The position numbers and the translations under genes are program-made. A stretch of DNA of 63,835 bases, counting the filler. It is 6 parts of 6 records of this genome, joined end to end, with 100 filler letters (N's around TTAATTAATTAA, not from the genome) between each part and the next. Parts side by side here need not be neighbours in the genome. Positions count along the whole stretch, not along the records: positions 1 to 26,907 come from DRR723986_5108; positions 27,008 to 33,452 come from DRR723986_5137; 4 more parts are not named here. One strand, 5' to 3'. This document shows positions 21,763 to 31,531 of the stretch, piece by piece. The notes below the pieces were generated by a model. The model saw only the letters and a program-made list of their open reading frames with translations. It was not told the DNA's origin and searched no databases. Numbering within the stretch: position 1 is the first letter of the stretch; each line of letters opens with the position of its first letter.

Positions 21763-22848
21763 ATGTCAAACAGCCCCATCAATCTCCTGCCGTCGGATCT
21801 GGCCTATGTGCCCTTCGTCAGTGTCGACAACATGATGCGCAATGTCCGCGCGATTGGTGTTGAAACCTTCATGCGCGGCATCGCCGAATATATCGAGCAG
21901 GATTTCCTGCGATGGGAAAGCTTCGACAAGAAACCGCGTATTCCGGCGCATGCGCCTCAGGGTGTCATCGAGCTGATGCCGACCAGTGACGGCAAGACCT
22001 TCGGCTTCAAGTATGTCAACGGTCATCCCGGCAACACCCGTGATGGTCTGCAGACTGTTACCGGCTTCGGTGTTCTGTCGAACCTGACGACCGGCTATCC
22101 GGTGCTGTTCACCGAGATGACCATCCTGACGGCCCTGCGCACGGCAGCCAACTCGGCGCTTGCCGCCAAATACCTGGCACCCAAGGGGTCCACCACGATG
22201 GCGATCATCGGCAATGGCGCTCAGTCCGACTTCCAGTGCCTGGCGTTCAAGGACATGCTCGGGATCACCGACATCCGCGCCTACGACATCGACAGCGCCG
22301 CCAGCTTGCGCCTTGCCCGCAACCTCGCCACTTCCGGACTGAACGTGACCATCTGCAAGACGCCGGAAGATGCGATCGAAGGCGCGCAGATCATCACCAC
22401 CGTAACCGCGGACAAGAAATCGGCGACAATCCTGACCGACAACATGGTCGGCACCGGCGTGCACATCAACGCGGTCGGCGGCGACTGCCCGGGCAAGACC
22501 GAGCTGCATCGCGATATCCTGTTGCGGTCAGATATCTTTGTCGAATTCCCGGATCAGACTCATATCGAGGGTGAATTCCAGCAGCTCGACCGCGATCATC
22601 CGGTTACCGAACTCTGGCAGGTCTACGCCGGCAAGGCCGAAGGCCGCACTTCGCAGGACCAGATTACGCTGTTCGACAGCGTCGGCTTTGCCATCGAGGA
22701 CTTTGCCGCCCTGCGCTACGTCCGCGATCTTCTGCCCAGAACCGGTCACTTCGAGAAGCTCGACCTGCTGGCTGATCCGGACGACCCACGTGACCTCTAC
22801 GGCATGGTTCTCCGGTCTGCGGCCAATGGAGACAACCAGGCAGCGTGA
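21763..22848 (+). CDS. ocd: Ornithine cyclodeaminase
   Basis: GVIELMP, FKYVNGHP, LTALRTAA, GGDCPGKTEL, FDSVGFAIED. In an operon with arginase. Confidence 0.93.
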   Translation: MSNSPINLLPSDLAYVPFVSVDNMMRNVRAIGVETFMRGIAEYIEQDFLRWESFDKKPRIPAHAPQGVIELMPTSDGKTFGFKYVNGHPGNTRDGLQTVTGFGVLSNLTTGYPVLFTEMTILTALRTAANSALAAKYLAPKGSTTMAIIGNGAQSDFQCLAFKDMLGITDIRAYDIDSAASLRLARNLATSGLNVTICKTPEDAIEGAQIITTVTADKKSATILTDNMVGTGVHINAVGGDCPGKTELHRDILLRSDIFVEFPDQTHIEGEFQQLDRDHPVTELWQVYAGKAEGRTSQDQITLFDSVGFAIEDFAALRYVRDLLPRTGHFEKLDLLADPDDPRDLYGMVLRSAANGDNQAA

Positions 22849-22877
22849 CCTCAGATCACGTGATTGTAGCAAACTGG

Positions 22878-22903
22878 ACCACCGCTTCGGCGGTGGTTTT
22901 TTT
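22878..22903 (+). terminator. Intrinsic terminator after ocd
   Basis: ACCACCGC-TTCG-GCGGTGGT followed by a T-tract. Confidence 0.88.
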
Positions 22904-22973
22904 CTTCTGGCCTTGGTCAACCGGCCGCTACCCCTGCTTTCCAGGGGAAAGAAACGGTTCCGGCAAGCACTTG

Positions 22974-23008
22974 TGTCATCCCGGGCAAGCATGGCGGAAC
23001 CCGGTTCG
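22974..23008 (+). repeat. Degenerate solo copy of the YGTC-tagged repeat
   Basis: TGTC-ATCCCGGG-CAAGCATGGCGGAA-CCCGGTTCG. Shares GTCATCCCGGGCAAGCA with copy A. Confidence 0.75.
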
Positions 23009-23130
23009 CGTGGTTCAGGAGAGGAAGTGGGACCAGACAAGGTTGATGCCAAAAACGCCTGACGTCAGTCACTTATTTTAAGGTTTTCGATGTTGAGTGA
23101 GCGTCATCCTACCTTTTCGGGGACTTTTTG

Positions 23131-23682
23131 ATGACATTCAGAATTTTGACCGGCCTCGGACTCGGCCTGCTTGCCGCTTCCGCTGTTCAGGCCAAGGAAC
23201 AGTATTTTTCCTACAAGGACTGGAATGTAGAGATTCAGTCGTTTGATACGGGCGAAGACTTTCGTATCAACTGCACCATGTGGACTGGCGGCGACGGACT
23301 GCCCACCGTAGGCTTCGCGACGTCCAACAGCGATGCATTGCCGCCGGACTTCTTCCCCGGTATCCAGCTAACGGAACGTGCCGTCCGCGGCCACGCGACG
23401 GTTCTTCAGAATGACCAGAAGGTCAATTTCGTCTTTGATGACGGCGACAGCGCGCAGGCAACGGTCCAAGCCTATTTCGATGAAGACGGTTTCGCCGTCG
23501 CCAAGACCAATTTCCCGATTGAGGACGCTCAGCGCGTCCTGCAGGCGATGCAACGGAACGGGCAGATCGATATCGTCGGACCGAGTGGCCTCATCTATAC
23601 CGCTTCCCTGAGCGGATTTACCGCGTCATATCGAAAAGTTGCCGAAGGATGCGGCTTTCCGGTTACCGGTGTTATCGACTAG
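23131..23682 (+). CDS. Hypothetical exported protein
   Basis: Signal peptide (..ASAVQA|K). The YKDWNV...SLSGFTASY..C pattern is reminiscent of IalB-like proteins. Confidence 0.75.
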   Translation: MTFRILTGLGLGLLAASAVQAKEQYFSYKDWNVEIQSFDTGEDFRINCTMWTGGDGLPTVGFATSNSDALPPDFFPGIQLTERAVRGHATVLQNDQKVNFVFDDGDSAQATVQAYFDEDGFAVAKTNFPIEDAQRVLQAMQRNGQIDIVGPSGLIYTASLSGFTASYRKVAEGCGFPVTGVID

Positions 23683-24417
23683 CGGCGGCAGGTTCAGCGC
23701 CTCTTCTATTTCGGCAACCACGGCATCGGCCGCCGCACCCGGATCTTCGGCCCGGCTGATCGGGCGGCCGACCACCAGGTAGTCACTACCAGCCTGAATC
23801 GCGTCCGCCGGGGTCATCACCCGGCGCTGGTCTCCGGCGTCGCTGCCGGCAGGGCGGATGCCGGGGGTGACGATCACAAGCTCGTCTCCAAGGATGGCCC
23901 GCATTTTTGTGGCTTCGGTGGCGGCGCAGACGATGCCGCCCATGCCAGCCACACGGGCGTCCTTCGCCCGCGCTTCCACCACATCGGCAATCGGGCCGCG
24001 ATACCCTGCATCGACCAGGTCCTGCTCGTCCATGGAGGTCAGCACCGTCACCCCAAGCAGGCACAGATCGGGATTACCCTCCTCCCGCAGGCCTTTCACG
24101 GCAGCACGCATGGTTTTCGGGTAGCCATGCAGGGTCATGAAGGTCATGCCCATCTTGGCGACGTTGCGTACGGCCTTTTCGATGGTGTTGTCGATATCGT
24201 GCAGCTTGACGTCCAGAAAGATCTTCTTGCCGTCACGCGCCAGGTCACGGGCGAATTCCAACCCGCCGGCAAACTGGAGTTCCATGCCGATCTTGTAGAC
24301 ACCGACCTTGCCTTCAGTCTGCTTTACCAGCTTCTCGGCCTCGGCAACCGTCGGCACGTCGACAGGCAACATCAGGCGGTCCAGAGCGGTTTTCGGGGAG
24401 AAAGGGCTGGTCGGCAT
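23626..24417 (-). CDS. pyrF: Orotidine-5'-phosphate decarboxylase
   Basis: FLDVKLHDIDNT, GVTVLTS, VTPGIRP, DQRRV, VVGRPI. Confidence 0.95.
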   Translation of the reverse strand: MPTSPFSPKTALDRLMLPVDVPTVAEAEKLVKQTEGKVGVYKIGMELQFAGGLEFARDLARDGKKIFLDVKLHDIDNTIEKAVRNVAKMGMTFMTLHGYPKTMRAAVKGLREEGNPDLCLLGVTVLTSMDEQDLVDAGYRGPIADVVEARAKDARVAGMGGIVCAATEATKMRAILGDELVIVTPGIRPAGSDAGDQRRVMTPADAIQAGSDYLVVGRPISRAEDPGAAADAVVAEIEEALNLPPLVDNTGNRKAASFGNFSI

Positions 24418-24492
24418 GGGCAGATCCTCGGATTTTGGGGCAGGTGCCAGTGCATAGCACCAAGGATCGCCCAGCGCCAGAACTACCCAGAA

Positions 24493-25341
24493 CTACGCCT
24501 TGCCTGTGCGCTCGAATTCCGCGAAGGCATCCTTGTAGTCGTCATGCCAGCGCGACAGCGGCGGCCGGTTTTCAATGATATCGCCGATGGCCCATTCTGC
24601 CCGGCGATTGTCCCTGGTGCTGTCGACGTCATTGTCCGGGCACAGGATGTAGAAATCGCCCGCTGACATCCGCTCGATGAAGTGATCGACGGTCTGCTCG
24701 CTGGTCCAGGCCGCGTCCGGCTTCTCCGGAAAGTGGCTTGCGGTCATGCCCGTGTAGGTGAACCCCGGCACGAACAGATGCACCGAAATGGGCGCACCGG
24801 CCTGCCGCAGTTCATGGGCAAGCTGTTCGCTGAGCACTTTCACGGCTGCCTTGGTGGTGTTGTAGCCGGGGTTTCCCGGAGGTGTCGTGATGCCCTGCTT
24901 CGATCCGGTGTTGACGATGACCGCCGGGCGGGCAGCCTCGATCAGGCGCGGCGTGAAGGCATGGACACCGCGCAGGACGCCGTAGAAATTGATGTCCATC
25001 AGGCGGACCCAGTTATCGAAGTCCTCCCAGGCAGAGGTCGGCAGGCTGATACCGGCGTTGTTCATCAGGACCGCGACGGGCCCGGTCTGAAACGCCTTCT
25101 CGGCCAGGGCTTCCACCTGCGCCATGTCACCGACATCGGTTGGAACCGCGAAAATATCGACACCGACCGTACCGGCGGCACGCACCTTTTCCGTTGCCTC
25201 TTCAAGGGCCGGACCGGGCAGATCGGCAAGAATGACGCCCAGTCCTGCCTGGGCGAAGCGGGTGGCAGCGGCCAGTCCGACGCCGCTGGCAGCACCGGTA
25301 ACGACGGCAATACCGCCTTCTGAAATGGCTTTTTTGTACAT
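24493..25341 (-). CDS. SDR family oxidoreductase
   Basis: TGAASGVG, NNAG, YNTTK. Confidence 0.9.
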   Translation of the reverse strand: MYKKAISEGGIAVVTGAASGVGLAAATRFAQAGLGVILADLPGPALEEATEKVRAAGTVGVDIFAVPTDVGDMAQVEALAEKAFQTGPVAVLMNNAGISLPTSAWEDFDNWVRLMDINFYGVLRGVHAFTPRLIEAARPAVIVNTGSKQGITTPPGNPGYNTTKAAVKVLSEQLAHELRQAGAPISVHLFVPGFTYTGMTASHFPEKPDAAWTSEQTVDHFIERMSAGDFYILCPDNDVDSTRDNRRAEWAIGDIIENRPPLSRWHDDYKDAFAEFERTGKA

Positions 25342-25519
25342 GATGGATTTCCCCCAAAATGGATTTCAGGAACGCGGCGACAGACGAATGCCGATTTGCC
25401 TGTCTGCAAGATAGTCCGGCCACAGAACCCTTTCACTATGAAACCGCTATTTTCTTAGACGGTTCAGGCTGCTACAACACCGCGGTTCTTCTTTCCCATT
25501 ACCCACGGGGCATCAGCAC

Positions 25520-26113
25520 ATGCGCACAGCGAGTGTATCGCGCGACACCAAGGAAACCCGCATCGCGGTCGAGATCAACCTGGACGGCACGGGCGCATAC
25601 GACGTCCAGACCGGCGTCGGGTTCTTCGACCATATGCTGGAGCAATTGTCGCGACATTCGCTGATCGACATCAAGGCCCGTGCCGATGGCGACACTCATA
25701 TCGACTTTCACCACACGGTCGAGGATACCGGCATTGCGCTGGGCCAGGCAATTTCCGAAGCGCTGGGCGACATGGCGGGCATCACCCGTTATGCCGATAC
25801 CCATCTTGCCATGGATGAAGCGCTGACCCGCTGCGCGCTGGATGTGTCCGGCCGTCCCTTCCTGGTCTGGGACGTCACCTTCGACCGGGACAAGATCGGT
25901 GAATTCGACACGGAGCTGTTCGAGGAGTTTTTCCGGGCATTCGCGATGAATTCCGGGATTACCCTTCATATTGCCAACCTTTATGGCTCCAATTGCCATC
26001 ACATCGCCGAAACCTGCTTCAAGGCGGTTGCGCGCTCCTTGCGCAAGGCGGTGGAGATCGATCCGCGGCAGGCAGACCGCATTCCGACCACCAAGGGCCA
26101 GCTCGGCAGCTAG
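25520..26113 (+). CDS. hisB: Imidazoleglycerol-phosphate dehydratase
   Basis: [33 protein letters not shown]. Confidence 0.97.
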   Translation: MRTASVSRDTKETRIAVEINLDGTGAYDVQTGVGFFDHMLEQLSRHSLIDIKARADGDTHIDFHHTVEDTGIALGQAISEALGDMAGITRYADTHLAMDEALTRCALDVSGRPFLVWDVTFDRDKIGEFDTELFEEFFRAFAMNSGITLHIANLYGSNCHHIAETCFKAVARSLRKAVEIDPRQADRIPTTKGQLGS

Positions 26114-26128
26114 GGCAGGAAACGGCGC

Positions 26129-26632
26129 ATGAGCACATATGTTGTGATGGCTCCGCCAGAATTCGAAGACGTGGCTGGCGATCCTCGCCAGACTGACAGG
26201 CTCGCCTTCGTTCCGGACGGCTTCTCGACACTTGCGTTCCTGTTTGCCGTCATCTGGCTGCTGGTCAACCGCATGTGGCTGGTGCTGCTTGGCTATCTCG
26301 CCGCGACGCTGGTGATCGAGTTGCTGGCGCTGTCCGTCAGTCAGGAAGCCATGGCCGTCGTTGCCCTCTTCACCTCCATCCTGTTCGGCCTCGAGGCCCA
26401 GGCGCTGCGCCGCTGGTCGCTGGAGCGCAAGGGTTGGCGCGTTGTCGGCATCGTCGACGCGCACAACAAGAGCGAAGCCGAACTCCGATTTCTCCACAAG
26501 GCGGCTGACCGAGTGTCGCCGCCCAGACATCAAATCGACCGGCAACAGCGCCCCGCCTCCCAACCGATCATCCCGAGGATCGGTAGCGAGCAGGTGGTGG
26601 GCCTGACTCTCGGTCCGGAGACCCGTCAATGA
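26129..26632 (+). CDS. DUF2628 family membrane protein
   Basis: FVPDGFS..AFLF..WLL..RMWL pattern. Lies between hisB and hisH. Confidence 0.75.
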   Translation: MSTYVVMAPPEFEDVAGDPRQTDRLAFVPDGFSTLAFLFAVIWLLVNRMWLVLLGYLAATLVIELLALSVSQEAMAVVALFTSILFGLEAQALRRWSLERKGWRVVGIVDAHNKSEAELRFLHKAADRVSPPRHQIDRQQRPASQPIIPRIGSEQVVGLTLGPETRQ

Positions 26633-26907
26633 CAATTGCGATTATCGACTACGGCTCGGGCAACCTGCGCTCGGCCGAAAAGGCGTTTGAGCGCGCGGCC
26701 CGCGCCCACGCCCACACGCCCGACGTTATCGTGACGTCCGACCCCGAAAGGGTACTGAAGGCCGACCGTGTCGTGCTGCCGGGTGTCGGCGCCTTTGCCG
26801 ACTGCAAGCGCGGCCTGTGGGCTGTCGAAGGCATGCCCGAGGCGCTGGAACAGGTCGTACGCAAGGACGGCAAGCCGTTCTTCGGCATCTGCGTCGGCAT
26901 GCAGCTG
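26629..26907 (+). CDS. hisH: Imidazole glycerol phosphate synthase HisH (truncated by contig end)
   Basis: [26 protein letters not shown]. Confidence 0.95.
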
Positions 26908-27007
26908 NNNNNNNNNNNNNNNNNNNNNNNNNNNNNNNNNNNNNNNNNNNNTTAATTAATTAANNNNNNNNNNNNNNNNNNNNNNNNNNNNNNNNNNNNN
27001 NNNNNNN
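26908..27007. other. Artificial contig linker
   Basis: 44 N + TTAATTAATTAA (stops in all six frames) + 44 N. Confidence 0.99.
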
Positions 27008-27008
27008 C

Positions 27009-27467
27009 CCGCAGGCGGCGCATTACACGCTGATGGGCACAGAGACCCTGTCCCTGCGAATGGAACGCCATGTGGAAAACGCTGTGAAGGTTGCCAAATG
27101 GCTCGAAGCGGACGACCGGATTGATGCTGTGACCTACGCCGGTCTGGAATCCTCGCCTTATTATGATCGCGTCGCCAAGGTCTGCCCCAAAGGCGCCGGT
27201 GCCTTGTTCACCATTGCGGTCAAGGGCGGCTATGACGCCTGCGTCAAGCTGGTGAATTCGCTTGAGATCTTCAGCCATGTGGCCAACCTCGGCGATACCC
27301 GTTCGCTGGTCATCCACTCGGCATCCACCACCCACCGCCAGCTGTCCCCGGAACAGCAAGAGGCGGCCGGCGCAGGTGCCAATGTGGTACGGATTTCAAT
27401 CGGTACGGAAAATGCCGATGATCTGATTGCCGATCTCGATCAGGCGCTGGCCCAAGCGACAGGCTGA
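27009..27467 (+). CDS. metY: O-acetylhomoserine aminocarboxypropyltransferase (3' part)
   Basis: ETLSLRMERH, FSHVANLGDTRSLVIHSASTTHRQL, RISIGTE. Confidence 0.85.
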   Translation, partial: PQAAHYTLMGTETLSLRMERHVENAVKVAKWLEADDRIDAVTYAGLESSPYYDRVAKVCPKGAGALFTIAVKGGYDACVKLVNSLEIFSHVANLGDTRSLVIHSASTTHRQLSPEQQEAAGAGANVVRISIGTENADDLIADLDQALAQATG

Positions 27468-27489
27468 CCGCCTGCCTCATGCGTGTTTT

Positions 27490-27519
27490 GGCCCCGTCTG
27501 CAAAGGCGGGGCCTTTCTT
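27490..27519 (+). terminator. Intrinsic terminator
   Basis: GGCCCCGTCT-GCAA-AGGCGGGGCC-TTTCTT. Confidence 0.8.
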
Positions 27520-27552
27520 ATGTGAAGGATTGTCAGCTCCGAGCCCATATCG

Positions 27553-27987
27553 TTAGAGGTTACCTGTTCCACATAGCCAAACTATGATCCAATCGTATTT
27601 ACGGACTGGACGTGATTTCGCATGGGCATCTTCGTAATACCCATCAGTCACTCGATAACCTTCTTGCAAATGATCGACATACAGTACTCGTGAGGTAGAT
27701 GGACCCAGGAAGCCTCTTACCTGTGCCATACGAATTCGACTTTCCGGCTTTTTTATATCTCTGCGATAACTGGTAATCCCGTCTTGGCTTGAAAGTTTCG
27801 CAGATGCCTCAAAACACACAACAAATTCTTCGTAGCTGCCCTTAAATTGTAGTGCCTTCGGAAATGGAACAACTGATAGAACTGTAGTTTGAAGCGCGCA
27901 TAGAAATATGAATGCGGATGCAATGAAGATACCAATCCACTTTGAAATTCTTTCTGCGGATTGTTGCCGTTTTTGCCAAGCTTCCAT
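27553..27987 (-). CDS. Hypothetical protein, AT-rich orphan
   Basis: 144-aa ORF with one N-terminal hydrophobic segment; visibly lower GC than its flanks. Confidence 0.55.
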   Translation of the reverse strand: MEAWQKRQQSAERISKWIGIFIASAFIFLCALQTTVLSVVPFPKALQFKGSYEEFVVCFEASAKLSSQDGITSYRRDIKKPESRIRMAQVRGFLGPSTSRVLYVDHLQEGYRVTDGYYEDAHAKSRPVRKYDWIIVWLCGTGNL

Positions 27988-28138
27988 GTTTTAGCTCTTC
28001 CAGAGTACTAGATCAGAATCCAATGAACTGCACCTCAAGGTGTTAATCACAGACGGCCATACCAAATGGCTTTCAGTTCGCACCTCAGATATTAAGCATG
28101 GACCACAGGCAGCCGCTCTACCGCGCAACATGCAATGT

Positions 28139-28840
28139 TTATGGCTGGCGGATTTCAAACACCAGCGTCACCCGCGCCTCTACGCCCACTTCTCCGCTGG
28201 CGATGGCGCTGTCCAAGCTGGCCCGGCCCGCCGACATTTCCATCATCCGCGGTCCGGTATTGTTGCTCGCCTCGCTGAGCCGCACCAACGGGCCTAGCGC
28301 GACACCGGCCGCCTCTGCCAGTTCTTCGGCCTTGGCCCGCGCATCCCCGACTGCAAGCTGCCGCGCCAGCGATTGCGCGGCGCTGGGGTCTTGAAGATCG
28401 AATCGCAAGCCATTGAATTCATTCGCTCCGATCTCGATCACCGCATCAAGAGTTGACCCAAGAACAGCCAAGTCTCGCACCCGCACCGTCACGGTATTGC
28501 CCGCCTCATAGCCTACCAGATCAGGCGGCGTGCCATCGTTGATGCCGCGCGAATTATAGACCGGACGTAGGTAAAATCCGCTGGTCTGCTGATCGGTGTC
28601 AGCAATGCCGACATTGGTCAAAGTGTTCAAAATCCCGGCCACATCATCCGTCACCAGTGCCATGGCCTCTTGCGCTGTGTCGCCGCGGTGGCGCACCCCC
28701 AAAGTGATGGCTGCCATATCGGGTGCCACGGCGACGCGCCCCTCACCCGTGACGATGATGCCGGCCTCTGTTGCCTCTTGCGCCCATGCCGCCGGCGCCG
28801 CCAACAGCCAGATCGCAGCCGCCCAATTGATCCATCTCAT
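28139..28840 (-). CDS. SIMPL (DUF541) domain protein
   Basis: Signal peptide, VTGEGRVAVAPDMA, AVGDARAKAEELAEAAGVALG. Confidence 0.9.
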   Translation of the reverse strand: MRWINWAAAIWLLAAPAAWAQEATEAGIIVTGEGRVAVAPDMAAITLGVRHRGDTAQEAMALVTDDVAGILNTLTNVGIADTDQQTSGFYLRPVYNSRGINDGTPPDLVGYEAGNTVTVRVRDLAVLGSTLDAVIEIGANEFNGLRFDLQDPSAAQSLARQLAVGDARAKAEELAEAAGVALGPLVRLSEASNNTGPRMMEMSAGRASLDSAIASGEVGVEARVTLVFEIRQP

Positions 28841-29010
28841 ACCATTTAACCTTTCATGCGCTATAATTGGGGATACAATGCCCCCGCGCCATCCATGGGG
28901 GCAAGCCTCGCCGCCGCCTTTCCCTTTCCTTAGGCAAAGACCCGCGCTATTCTTGAACCTCACCGGAGCTGTCTCGATCCGGGTCCGTGCAATATGTTAA
29001 AGATCGCCCA

Positions 29011-31455
29011 ATGAAGCCGAATTTTGCCCTATCCCTGTCATTCGAAGGAATCAGGCTCTTGCACCGTGCGGCGGGTGGCTGGCGCGTGGTGGGCGAAGTG
29101 CCGCTGGATGTCGCCGATCTGGGGGCGGATCTTGAGGGTTTGCGTCAAAAGGCGCTGACGCTCGATCCCGGCGGGGTCGAGACCAAGCTGATCTTGCCCA
29201 ATGACCAGATCAAATACCTGACCATCGACACCCCCGGCCTTGATCATGAGGCCCGCCGGGAGGCTGCGGCGCGGGCGTTGGACGGGGCCACCCCCTATGC
29301 GGTTTCCGATCTGGCGTTTGATATTTGCATGGACGGCGACCAGACCCATATTGCCGCCGTGGCGCGTGAGACGATGGCCGAGGCAGAAGGGTTTGCCACG
29401 CAATACCGGTTTCATCCGCTGTGCTATGTCGCGGTGCCGGACGACAACCCGTTTCTGGGCGAGCCGTTTTTTGGTCCCACCAGTGCATCTGATGATCTGT
29501 TAGAGCCGGGCGATACCGTAGAGCCGGACGGCATTGCCGTCGTGGTGATCGGGGATGTGGAATGGCCCGAAACTGACAATGCAGAGGGCGTCTCGCCAAA
29601 GGAAGAGACCGCTGAGGTCCACGATACCGGTTCACAGGCAGAACCTGAGACCGCGCCGGATGCGGACCGAGTTGCGGTTGAAAGCGCTGACGAAGACGCG
29701 CCTGAGGCGGCGCCGCAAGAGGATGATCCCTTGCCGGTGCTACCGCCGCTGAAGGGTGCCAAAGAGGCCCGCCCCGACGCAGCGCCCGTTGAGGACATCC
29801 CGCCCCCGCCCAAGCGGGAAGGCACCTCTGCCGGATTTGCCAGCCGCCGCGGCAATGGCGCGTCAAAAGCACCGGCTCTTGGGGCGGCAAGTCGCGCGGT
29901 GCCGCCGACACCCGTGCCTGCCGCCGATGCTTCGGTCACCGCGCCCGGCATCCCGATTGAACCCGACAGCAGCTCTTTTGCGGATCCTGATCCGGCACCC
30001 GCACCCGCCCCGGCCAAAAGCGGTTTTCTCAGCCGCCGTAAGGCCAAACCGGAGACCGCCGCCCCGGCCAAAGATACCCATGGCGGCGCAGCCGCATCAG
30101 AGACCGAGCGGCTGACCGTATTTGGCGCGCGCAAGACCGACGTGCGCGGCAAACCGCGGTTCCTTGGGTTGATCCTCACAGCCGTGTTGCTGATCTTTCT
30201 GGCCGGTGTTGCGGCTTGGGCTTCGGTATTTATGGACGAAGATTTCAGCCTGTCGCGCCTCTTTGGCGGTAAGGCGACCGTGGAACAGGCGCAGGATACT
30301 CCGCCAGCCTTGCCCGCCGAAGATCCAGTGGCGGATGCGGCCATTGAAACAGCGTCCCTTGATCCGGCATTGTCGGATGAGGATGGCGCGGTGCTGGATG
30401 CCCTGCGTGAGCCGGTGCAGCCTGCCCCGCCAGAGGTGATGACCGAGGCCGAGCTTGAGGCGAATTATGCCACATCCGGCATCTGGCCACGTGCCCCCAA
30501 TGTGCCGCCAGAACCTGCCAGCCTGATCGACATTGATGATTTCTACCTGACCAGCATCGACCCTGTGAGCACAGCAAACGATGCAGTCGCCCTGCCCCCC
30601 GCTGATAATTTTACAACCGATCTGGCCCTGGCAACCGTGTCATCGCCGGTGGCCGCTGGCACCCGCTTTGCGCTGGATGCACGCGGGCTGGTGCGGCCCA
30701 CGGTTCAGGGGGCCCTCAGCCCGGATGGCATTACCGTATTTTTGGGCAAGCCGCCGATCGTTCCGCCCGCCACGCCAACCCGTTTTCAATCTGCCCCGCA
30801 AGATTTGGGTGTGCGAGATGCGCTGGCCGCATTTAGGCCCAAGCTGCGCCCCGGTGATCTGGAAGAGCAAACCGAGCGCGCCCAGCTGGACGGCTTAACC
30901 CGCAGTGAATTGGCCGGATTGCGCCCGGTACTGCGCCCGCTGTCCGTGCAAGAGGCTGCCCGCGCCCAATTGGTCAGCCCTGCTGACACCAACGAGGCGG
31001 TTGCCGCCGCGCTTTCCACGCCCGAAGCCGCCGAAGACCCCTTTGACAGCGCCACCCGGCAGGCGGTCGCCGCCTCCATCCGGCCCGACACCCGTCCGCG
31101 CAATTTTGCGCGGATCGTCAAACGCGCCGAACGCAGCTCCGCCAGAGACGAGGTGCGCGTGGCCAGCGCCGCCGCTGTGGCGCCGCGCACGGTGAAACCC
31201 AAGATCCCGTCAAAGACCTCCGTTGCGAAACAGGCCACCGTGAAAAACGCGATCAACCTCAAGAAGGTCAACCTGATCGGCGTTTATGGCAAACCCTCCA
31301 GCCGCCGCGCTTTGGTCCGGCTCAGCAATGGCCGCTACAAAAAGGTTGTTGTGGGGGACCGGATTGATGGTGGCCGTGTCTCCGCCATTGGCGACAGCGA
31401 ATTGCGCTATACCAAACGCGGGCGCAACGTTGTCCTGAAGATGCCCAAAGGATAA
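29011..31455 (+). CDS. Large membrane-anchored protein with PilP-like C-terminal domain
   Basis: MKPNFALSLSFEGI N-domain, Pro/Ala/acidic linker, one TM (FLGLILTAVLLIFLAGVAAWA), C-terminal LIGVYG..RRALVRL..G....V.VGDRIDGGRV. Confidence 0.8.
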   Translation: MKPNFALSLSFEGIRLLHRAAGGWRVVGEVPLDVADLGADLEGLRQKALTLDPGGVETKLILPNDQIKYLTIDTPGLDHEARREAAARALDGATPYAVSDLAFDICMDGDQTHIAAVARETMAEAEGFATQYRFHPLCYVAVPDDNPFLGEPFFGPTSASDDLLEPGDTVEPDGIAVVVIGDVEWPETDNAEGVSPKEETAEVHDTGSQAEPETAPDADRVAVESADEDAPEAAPQEDDPLPVLPPLKGAKEARPDAAPVEDIPPPPKREGTSAGFASRRGNGASKAPALGAASRAVPPTPVPAADASVTAPGIPIEPDSSSFADPDPAPAPAPAKSGFLSRRKAKPETAAPAKDTHGGAAASETERLTVFGARKTDVRGKPRFLGLILTAVLLIFLAGVAAWASVFMDEDFSLSRLFGGKATVEQAQDTPPALPAEDPVADAAIETASLDPALSDEDGAVLDALREPVQPAPPEVMTEAELEANYATSGIWPRAPNVPPEPASLIDIDDFYLTSIDPVSTANDAVALPPADNFTTDLALATVSSPVAAGTRFALDARGLVRPTVQGALSPDGITVFLGKPPIVPPATPTRFQSAPQDLGVRDALAAFRPKLRPGDLEEQTERAQLDGLTRSELAGLRPVLRPLSVQEAARAQLVSPADTNEAVAAALSTPEAAEDPFDSATRQAVAASIRPDTRPRNFARIVKRAERSSARDEVRVASAAAVAPRTVKPKIPSKTSVAKQATVKNAINLKKVNLIGVYGKPSSRRALVRLSNGRYKKVVVGDRIDGGRVSAIGDSELRYTKRGRNVVLKMPKG

Positions 31456-31531
31456 CGCCGCACCCGGTGGATGCGGCGTTCCCAGTCAGGGGTTGATCCC
31501 CTGTTGTCCGAGGCAGAGAGGCCCCTCGGTT

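Noticed and set aside
26952-26963. Recurring TTAATTAATTAA palindrome (five copies) as a biological repeat
   Set aside because: Always centred in 44+44 N; it is a synthetic all-frame stop linker.
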